From Prochlorococcus marinus str. NATL2A (GTDB taxonomy: Bacteria > Cyanobacteriota > Cyanobacteriia > PCC-6307 > Cyanobiaceae): DNA of 32,000 nt. The notes under the pieces are model-generated. The model saw only the letters and a list, made by a program, of their open reading frames with translations, did not search any database and was not told the origin of the DNA. This document shows positions 26,560 through 32,000 of this stretch, piece by piece; the first letter of the stretch is position 1, and every line of letters starts with the position of its first letter. Position numbers and translations under genes: made by a program. The stretch lies in NCBI RefSeq assembly GCF_000012465.1, contig NC_007335.2:870001-902000 (forward strand), written 5' to 3'.

Positions 26560-27102
26560 ATGCCACCATGGTTAACTCAACTTAGCTCAGTTCAGAGAAA
26601 AGAATCAAAATTAGACTCTTCAAGATGGCTTCAACTAGCCACAATTGGAATAGATAATAATCCCAGAGTAAGAACAGTGGTTTTTAGAGGATGGAGTAAA
26701 TCCTATGAAATGGAAATATATACTGACAAAAGAAGTCAAAAATATCATGAATTAAATTTGAACAATAACGTAGAAATATGCTGGCTTTTTTCAAGATCAA
26801 AATGTCAATTCAGGTTTAGAGGAACTTCAACAATTGAATTAGATAAATACAACCTTCTACATTGGGAAAAACTAAGTGAACAATCTAGATTAATGTGGAG
26901 TTGGCCAACTCCAGGTAATCAATTTAATCTAGAAAAAACTAATGATTTTTCTGTCAAATCAATTAAAGAGTTATCAAATAATTTCACTGTATTAAAGATT
27001 AAAATCAACCATGTTGACCAATTGCTTATTCGTAAACCTGTTCATAAAAGAAGAAGGTGGATTCGTGCTAATGACTGGAAAGAAGAAAGTATAAACCCTT
27101 AA
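26560..27102 (+). CDS. Pyridoxamine 5'-phosphate oxidase-related FMN-binding protein (Alr4036-like family)
   Basis: PPWLTQL...RWLQLATIGIDNNPRVRTVVFRGW...EICWLF...QFRFRG follows the pattern of the PNPOx-like split-barrel family. Confidence 0.7.
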   Translation: MPPWLTQLSSVQRKESKLDSSRWLQLATIGIDNNPRVRTVVFRGWSKSYEMEIYTDKRSQKYHELNLNNNVEICWLFSRSKCQFRFRGTSTIELDKYNLLHWEKLSEQSRLMWSWPTPGNQFNLEKTNDFSVKSIKELSNNFTVLKIKINHVDQLLIRKPVHKRRRWIRANDWKEESINP

Positions 27103-27116
27103 ATAATTGAGGATGA

Positions 27117-27140
27117 CGAAGCTTACTGTTGGGGAAGCTT
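27117..27140 (+). terminator. Hairpin 15 nt downstream of the PNPOx-like gene (weak terminator candidate)
   Basis: GAAGCTT (27117-27123), a 10-nt loop, then AAGCTTC (27134-27140). The stem is a perfect 7 bp, but only a poor T-tract follows. Confidence 0.35.
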
Positions 27141-27263
27141 CATTATGTTCCGATCACCCTCTGTGTATAAATAGCAATGTTTTTATATAATGGCAAGTTC
27201 ATTTGTAAATCAATTTTCAAGAGAGAAGTTGAAATGGAGGTTAATAAAATTTATATTTTATTC

Positions 27264-27458
27264 CTATGTTTTAAAAAAAGAGTCTTTTGGTATGAGATTC
27301 TTTTCCCCCCAGGCTTTGTGCTTTCTGTCTAAGTCAGATATTGAATTACACTGAGCCTTTAATTTCAAAAGATAGGAAACTTTCGAGATTTTGGTATGTG
27401 AAATCTTAATGGGGTAATCCACCAAAGACTGGTATGCATTTAAATAATCACTACTCAT
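27264..27458 (-). CDS. Hypothetical 64-aa protein
   Basis: Only the ORF supports this call. A nested inverted repeat lies immediately upstream of its start. Confidence 0.35.
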   Translation of the reverse strand: MSSDYLNAYQSLVDYPIKISHTKISKVSYLLKLKAQCNSISDLDRKHKAWGEKNLIPKDSFFKT

Positions 27459-27460
27459 TA

Positions 27461-27510
27461 AGTTGATAAGTCCTGTATATTTTCTATTTTTATACAGCAG
27501 TGAATCAACT
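27461..27510. repeat. Nested inverted repeat (two-tier hairpin)
   Basis: The outer arms are AGTTGAT (27461-27467) and ATCAACT (27504-27510). The inner arms are CTGTATA (27473-27479) and TATACAG (27491-27497). Small internal loops separate the tiers. Confidence 0.55.
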
Positions 27511-27923
27511 TAAAATCTTTTAATTATCTCTTAGTCTTTGCTTTACAAGGTTAAGGACAGACATAAGTTTTTCTACTTAACTGAATTTATTAAACCTAAG
27601 ACCACAAACCTACATTTATAATTAGCAAGATTATGTATTTACTTGCTTGAAAATTCTTATCAGTACTTATCCATGGAATCAAGAGTCATTAGCTTCTGGT
27701 GAAAAAGAGTGGTATTCATTACCAATATTAATACAGTAGAACATTGAAAGCTTTATTCATAGACTTCAAAAAAAAATATAGATCTCAAGATTTCTTCCGA
27801 AGAAGACCTTCCTGAATTATCATGTTGTATGTGTACCTTTCTGTCTCAGTTTTGATAGATGTTATTCACGAAAAACTTCTTGAATAACATCAGCGAAAGC
27901 TGGAATTTATTTGGTATTAGTTA

Positions 27924-27997
27924 GTCAGTGTAGCTCAGCCGGTTAGAGCACAGCATTCATAACGCTGAGGTCGAGAGTTCAAGTCTCTCCACTGACA
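27924..27997 (+). tRNA. tRNA with a CAT anticodon (elongator tRNA-Met or lysidine-type tRNA-Ile2; not an initiator)
   Basis: I folded a 74-nt cloverleaf by hand. The acceptor stem pairs GTCAGTG with CACTGAC, with discriminator A. The D arm is GCTC-AGCCGGTTA-GAGC. The anticodon arm pairs CAGCA with CGCTG, with one A-C mismatch at the loop-closing position, and the loop is TTCATAA. The variable loop is AGGTC and the T arm is GAGAG-TTCAAGT-CTCTC. The paired 1-72 position and the absence of three G-C pairs in the anticodon stem argue against tRNA-fMet. No CCA is encoded. Confidence 0.9.
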
Positions 27998-28125
27998 TTA
28001 GTTCATAGGATCAAAGCATATATAAGTATTAGTGATAGTTTAATTAACTCGTATACATTCAAATAGTTGGTTAAATGTATTATTTATTCAAATTGATAAA
28101 ATTAAATATTTTTATAAGGTAGATA

Positions 28126-28536
28126 TTATTTCATATCTATATTATCAAGACGCTCTTTGAAAGATTTAAAGGAAGAGTCTTGGTTTGATTTCGAAGAATC
28201 AGATAAAATGCTTTCATTTTGTTGAACTATATTATTATTTGTCGTTTGGTTATATATAGAAAAATTTTTGGCATTATTAAAACTCACAGTTGATTGATTA
28301 CTATTGACTTTAGAACTTTGATTAGAACTATTAGTGTAGGAACTATTTTGTATTGCTGGTATATTTGCTTTATTTTTATTGCTAATAGTTTCCTTAGTCG
28401 GAATAGAAGTTGTATTTTTCTTTTTATTTAGAGGATATTTTTTAACTTCATTTCTCAACTGATTTAAAAGTTTATAATGATTTGAGGAACTAAATTTTTT
28501 AATAAGTGATGGGTCCCAACTTACTGATTCTTTCAT
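28126..28536 (-). CDS. Hypothetical 136-aa protein with a Ser/Asn-rich low-complexity body
   Basis: A structured-looking N-terminal 35 aa (MKESVSWDPSLIKKFSSSNHYKLLNQLRNEVKKYP) is followed by about 90 aa of S/N/Q/T-rich sequence. It is divergent from the peroxiredoxin gene. Confidence 0.5.
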   Translation of the reverse strand: MKESVSWDPSLIKKFSSSNHYKLLNQLRNEVKKYPLNKKKNTTSIPTKETISNKNKANIPAIQNSSYTNSSNQSSKVNSNQSTVSFNNAKNFSIYNQTTNNNIVQQNESILSDSSKSNQDSSFKSFKERLDNIDMK

Positions 28537-28660
28537 TTTTTGAGATTATGCTTGCTTAGATAGAAAGAGTAAGTCTCTTTGATCTTTACATGATAAATTA
28601 TAAAGAGGAAAAGGGGAAGTTCTCTACTCTCCAAACCATTCAAAATACGAAACAAATTCC

Positions 28661-29257
28661 ATGACGACAAATGAGTGCCTAAGGGTAGGAATGCAAGCAC
28701 CAGATTTTGCTACAACAGCAGTAGTAGATCAAGAATTTAAGGACATAACACTTTCTCAGTACAGAGGAAAGTATGTTGTTCTATTTTTCTATCCATTAGA
28801 CTTCACGTTTGTTTGCCCTACTGAAATCACGGCCTTCAGCGACAGATATAGCGATTTCAGTAGCAAAAACACAGAAGTTTTAGGTGTTTCGGTTGATAGT
28901 AAATTTACACATCTTGCTTGGATTCAAACACCAAGGAATGAGGGAGGAATTGGTGACATTAACTATCCACTAGTATCTGATTTAAAACGTGAAATTTGCC
29001 AATCTTATAATGTTTTAAATGAGGATGGAGAAGCTGATAGAGGTTTGTTTATAATTAATCCAAGCGGAATAATTATGCACTCAACAATAAATAAAGCACC
29101 TGTTGGCCGAAATATAGACGAAACTCTAAGAGTATTACAGGCATATCAATACGTTGAATCTCACCCTGATGAAGTATGTCCAGCAGGATGGACTCCTGGT
29201 GACAAAACCATGAAAGAAGATCCTAAAGGAAGCAAGGAATACTTCTCTGCATTATAA
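28661..29257 (+). CDS. Typical 2-Cys peroxiredoxin (AhpC/TSA family)
   Basis: The peroxidatic Cys lies in [15 protein letters not shown] and the resolving Cys in EVCPAGW. At 198 aa it resembles cyanobacterial/chloroplast 2-Cys Prx. Confidence 0.95.
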   Translation: MTTNECLRVGMQAPDFATTAVVDQEFKDITLSQYRGKYVVLFFYPLDFTFVCPTEITAFSDRYSDFSSKNTEVLGVSVDSKFTHLAWIQTPRNEGGIGDINYPLVSDLKREICQSYNVLNEDGEADRGLFIINPSGIIMHSTINKAPVGRNIDETLRVLQAYQYVESHPDEVCPAGWTPGDKTMKEDPKGSKEYFSAL

Positions 29258-29277
29258 AAATTATAGATATTATTTAC

Positions 29278-31005
29278 TTAGTTGCTAGATAAGTAAGAAT
29301 TAAGTGAATCAATTACAAAATCAGATTCAAGAGTTTCCTTAACTATTAATTCATCAACAAGATTATCCATTAAGGAAACTTTATCTGAAAGAAGAAATAT
29401 TGCATGATTAACAGCCTTATTTGCTATTGAAATAATTTGCTTATCAATTTCCCTGCTTGTCCTCTGAGAATATTCTTTTTTATTCTTCATAAGATCCTTT
29501 CCAAGAAAAATTGTATCTTTTTCTGAATCATAAGTAATAGGTCCAAGATCTGAGAATCCAAATTTAGTAACCATTTGATTTGCCCAAAAATATACATTTT
29601 CTAGTTCCTTTTGTGATCCTTGTGTAACTTCCTTAGAGCCAAAAATAATCATTTCAGCAGCCCTAGAACCAAGTGAAATAACAATTTTGTTATAAATGTA
29701 GTTACGTGTAAAAAGTCCGCTGTCAATGGTCTCTTCATCTGGTGTGAAATAAGTCATTCCAGAAATATTTCCGAGAGACTTAAATAAAGAGATTTTTTCT
29801 AATTTATCTTGGGTCGGAATCAATAAAGCAACAAGGGTTTTACCAATAATCTGATAAGCAATTTGTCTTTTTTTTGTCTGATCTGAAAGTGGCTTAGACA
29901 GTATTCCAAATCGTGTTTTTTCAAGTGCATTTTCTAGTTCAACACTGCTTATGACTGACTTATTATTTCTAGCAGCATAGATTGCAGCCTCATTCATTAG
30001 GTTTTGTAAATCTGCACCTGAGTAGCCAGGCGTCTTAGTTGCCCAGTCTTTCAGATTCACTGAATCACATAAAGGTTTTGTCCTTGCGTGAACGGACAAA
30101 ATTTTGTGTCTAGCTTCTCGATCAGGAAGGGATATGTCAATACGACGGTCAAATCTACCAGGCCTAGTTAATGCTCGGTCAAGAATATCGGGTCTATTCG
30201 TAGCTGCAATAACTATGACTCCATTATTTGCTTCGAATCCATCCATCTCGGTTAAGAGCTGGTTAAGTGTTTGCTCTCTCTCATCGTTGCCTCCTCCTAT
30301 TCCAGCTCCCCTTTGTCGTCCAATAGAGTCAATTTCATCTATGAAGACTATGCAAGGAGCCTTTGATTTAGCACTTTTAAATAAATCACGGACACGTCCA
30401 GCTCCAACACCTACGAACATTTCAACAAATTCCGATGCAGAAATAGAAAAGAAAGGAACATCAGCTTCTCCTGCAATTGAGCGAGCTAGTAATGTCTTAC
30501 CGGTTCCAGGTGGACCCACTAATAAAACTCCCTTCGGCGTTTTAGCTCCGAGGTCTTTTAATGTCTGTGGATTCTTTAAAAAGATTACTATTTCCTTTAA
30601 TTCGTCTGATTCTTGATTTAATCCAGCCACATCATCGAATGTGTATTTTCTAATATCATCTTCATTTACTTGAGAAGAACGACCAGAAAAACTTTGCAGA
30701 TTGTTTAATAACTTGGATGATCTTCTAATTAAAAATACAAGAGAGAAAACAAAAATCAAAGTGAGGCCAAAACCTGTTATGTAGTTTGCTAATCTCTGGT
30801 CTGATCTAATATCTCTTACAGTAAGAGGAACATTATATTCCTCAGATATTCGAAGAATTTTCTGATCATTATAAAATATAGGTATTAATTTTTTCTCTCC
30901 ATTTATTAATTCAACAATGACCTCTCTTCTATTTGGAATTAAAATAATTGAAATAATTTCACCACTTTCAATATCCCTCAATAATTGACTATAACTTTTA
31001 CTCAT
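29278..31005 (-). CDS. FtsH-like AAA+ protein lacking the HExxH zinc-protease motif
   Basis: The AAA+ module is intact: Walker A GPPGTGKT, Walker B IVFIDEID, pore loop FVEMFVGVG and [23 protein letters not shown]. An M41-like C-terminal domain is present, but the position of HEAGH reads QIIGK and there is no HExxH anywhere. Only one hydrophobic helix is present ([19 protein letters not shown]). An in-frame stop lies 5 codons upstream of the ATG. Confidence 0.85.
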   Translation of the reverse strand: MSKSYSQLLRDIESGEIISIILIPNRREVIVELINGEKKLIPIFYNDQKILRISEEYNVPLTVRDIRSDQRLANYITGFGLTLIFVFSLVFLIRRSSKLLNNLQSFSGRSSQVNEDDIRKYTFDDVAGLNQESDELKEIVIFLKNPQTLKDLGAKTPKGVLLVGPPGTGKTLLARSIAGEADVPFFSISASEFVEMFVGVGAGRVRDLFKSAKSKAPCIVFIDEIDSIGRQRGAGIGGGNDEREQTLNQLLTEMDGFEANNGVIVIAATNRPDILDRALTRPGRFDRRIDISLPDREARHKILSVHARTKPLCDSVNLKDWATKTPGYSGADLQNLMNEAAIYAARNNKSVISSVELENALEKTRFGILSKPLSDQTKKRQIAYQIIGKTLVALLIPTQDKLEKISLFKSLGNISGMTYFTPDEETIDSGLFTRNYIYNKIVISLGSRAAEMIIFGSKEVTQGSQKELENVYFWANQMVTKFGFSDLGPITYDSEKDTIFLGKDLMKNKKEYSQRTSREIDKQIISIANKAVNHAIFLLSDKVSLMDNLVDELIVKETLESDFVIDSLNSYLSSN

Positions 31006-31177
31006 TTTATAATTAAATCAATTAATTCAAATGAATTTATATACTAACTATAGTAAAAATGATAGCGAACTTGAATTTATATAGAAAAAGAGACAAGAAG
31101 TTAGTATTTCCTTAAGTTTTTTTTGTTAAATTGGAGCTTGACGTTATAAAATATAATGTCTGTAATTGTTGAGAAAA

Positions 31178-31357
31178 ATGGCGGTACCCAAGAAAAAAAC
31201 CTCTAAGGGGAAGAGAAATCAAAGACACGCCACATGGAAAGGTAAGGCTGCTGTAGCAGCAGAAAAGGCATTATCAATTGGAAAATCAGTACTTACTGGA
31301 AGAGCTCAGGGATTTGTTTATCCAATGAATGAGACTTCAGAAGAAGAAGCTGATTAA
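31178..31357 (+). CDS. rpmF: 50S ribosomal protein L32
   Basis: [21 protein letters not shown] is the canonical L32 N-terminus. I placed the start at the ATG at 31178 rather than the TTG at 31166 on the track. Confidence 0.9.
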   Translation: MAVPKKKTSKGKRNQRHATWKGKAAVAAEKALSIGKSVLTGRAQGFVYPMNETSEEEAD

Positions 31358-31363
31358 GGATAA

Positions 31364-31684
31364 TTAAGAACCAAGCTTATAGGCTTCAAGAATCAGAGCA
31401 TATGTAGAACCAATTCGGATATTATTTATTATCATTACGGGAATGGTCAATTTAGGTATTAGATATGATCGGATTACCAACTCCATAATTAATAATATTA
31501 TAATTGCCAAAAATATTGTATTAACAGATTTATCTAGTAAAAAAGAAAGAAAACTATTGGTAAAATAAAAACCAAATAGTAATGAAAGAACTAATAAACT
31601 CCTCTTACTCCATGAATCAGAGATAATTGGATTAATAATGAAAATCAGTGAATCTATAAATTCTCTGAATTTAGTTTTCTGCAT
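31364..31684 (-). CDS. Small membrane protein, possibly Ycf20-like (DUF565)
   Basis: At 106 aa it has three hydrophobic segments. The family assignment rests on size, architecture and cyanobacterial context only. Its start lies 1 nt downstream of the stop of the upstream HAD gene. Confidence 0.5.
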   Translation of the reverse strand: MQKTKFREFIDSLIFIINPIISDSWSKRSLLVLSLLFGFYFTNSFLSFLLDKSVNTIFLAIIILLIMELVIRSYLIPKLTIPVMIINNIRIGSTYALILEAYKLGS

Positions 31685-31685
31685 T

Positions 31686-32000
31686 TTAATTTATAATATT
31701 TGTCAAATAATCAAAATCCACATGATTACTAATTAGCTTTTTACCATAAATTAGACTAGATGGATTATCAAAATTACCAAGGCTATTTAAACATGCATTA
31801 GCGTTTTTAGAAATATTTTGCTTAGAACTATTCCACGGAGGCAAAATCAAAAGGCAATTAAGATTAGCTGCCTTAGCAGATTCAACGCCAATCTTAGAGT
31901 CCTCAATAGCTATGCAATTAAATTGTGATTGCTTACTTAATTTAAGCGCTAGCTTATATGCATCAGGGAAGGGCTTGTGCCTACTTACATCTTCGTATGT
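31686..32000 (-). CDS. HAD-superfamily hydrolase (CbbY/phosphatase-like), C-terminal part only; the start is outside the window
   Basis: Hand translation of the minus strand from the window edge gives TYEDVSRHKPFPDAYKLALKLSKQSQFNCIAIEDSKIGVESAKAANLNCLLILPPW..., ending at the TAA at 31686-31688. KP.PD.Y and the IAIEDS..G..SAKAAG-like segment are HAD motifs III and IV. It is absent from the ORF track because it has no start codon in the window. Confidence 0.7.
   Translation of the reverse strand, partial: TYEDVSRHKPFPDAYKLALKLSKQSQFNCIAIEDSKIGVESAKAANLNCLLILPPWNSSKQNISKNANACLNSLGNFDNPSSLIYGKKLISNHVDFDYLTNIIN

Noticed and set aside
21641-28125. Mobile-element hallmarks of a tRNA-associated island: an integrase, transposase, direct repeat of the tRNA 3' end, or terminal inverted repeats.
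   Set aside because: No ORF resembles a recombinase. I could not find a second copy of the tRNA 3' segment GAGTTCAAGTCTCTCCACTGACA anywhere in the window. The islet idea therefore rests only on gene-size and composition pattern and on the tRNA lying about 1.5 kb beyond it.
30104-30616. Plus-strand 170-aa ORF.
   Set aside because: It is antisense to the AAA+ core of the FtsH-like gene. Its Ser/Pro-rich translation is the mirror of conserved Walker/SRH codons.
31166-31177. The TTG start for rpmF given by the ORF track.
   Set aside because: The canonical L32 N-terminus MAVPKKK begins at the ATG at 31178. The four extra codons are not needed.
1-32000. A CRISPR array, tandem-repeat or rRNA scan of the whole window.
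   Set aside because: I saw no regularly spaced direct repeats, no long tandem repeats and no rRNA-like conserved blocks. The only repeated units are the diverged paralogous ORFs described in the findings.

Overview
This is an AT-rich, gene-dense chromosomal segment. Gene content points to a marine picocyanobacterium, most plausibly a high-light-adapted Prochlorococcus; that is an inference from hemJ, cobN, a cyanobacterial-type 2-Cys peroxiredoxin, a Ycf20-like gene and very low GC. About three quarters of the window is ordinary housekeeping. It holds hemJ (5' truncated by the window edge), a PHP phosphoesterase, cobN, ilvE, metH, an Ap4A phosphorylase/ATP adenylyltransferase, pheT, rpmG-rpsR-rnb, metG, cobU-trmL, a PNPOx-like flavoprotein, a tRNA with a CAT anticodon, a 2-Cys peroxiredoxin, an FtsH homologue, rpmF and a partial HAD hydrolase. 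I saw no CRISPR array, transposase, integrase, rRNA or recognisable defence genes.

The unusual part is about 21.6-26.4 kb, between trmL and the PNPOx-like gene and about 1.5 kb upstream of the tRNA. It is a run of very small ORFs on both strands, most of them below the 60-aa cutoff of the supplied ORF track, with long AT-rich spacers. It contains two internally paralogous sets:
- A divergently transcribed pair of about 60-aa proteins.
- A tandemly duplicated two-gene micro-cassette: a 51/52-aa helical protein followed by an 18/19-aa micro-ORF. The first ten codons of the micro-ORF encode the identical peptide MLLPKPVRPV in both copies, despite 8 nucleotide differences that are all synonymous.

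Other points worth a second look:
- An FtsH paralogue with an intact AAA+ module but no HExxH zinc site and no first transmembrane helix.
- A protein combining an N-terminal ribbon-helix-helix-like segment with a C-terminal J domain.
- An RNB exoribonuclease without cold-shock domains.
- A 0.7 kb gene-free gap upstream of pheT.

All functional calls come from reading motifs in the translations. No database search was possible.
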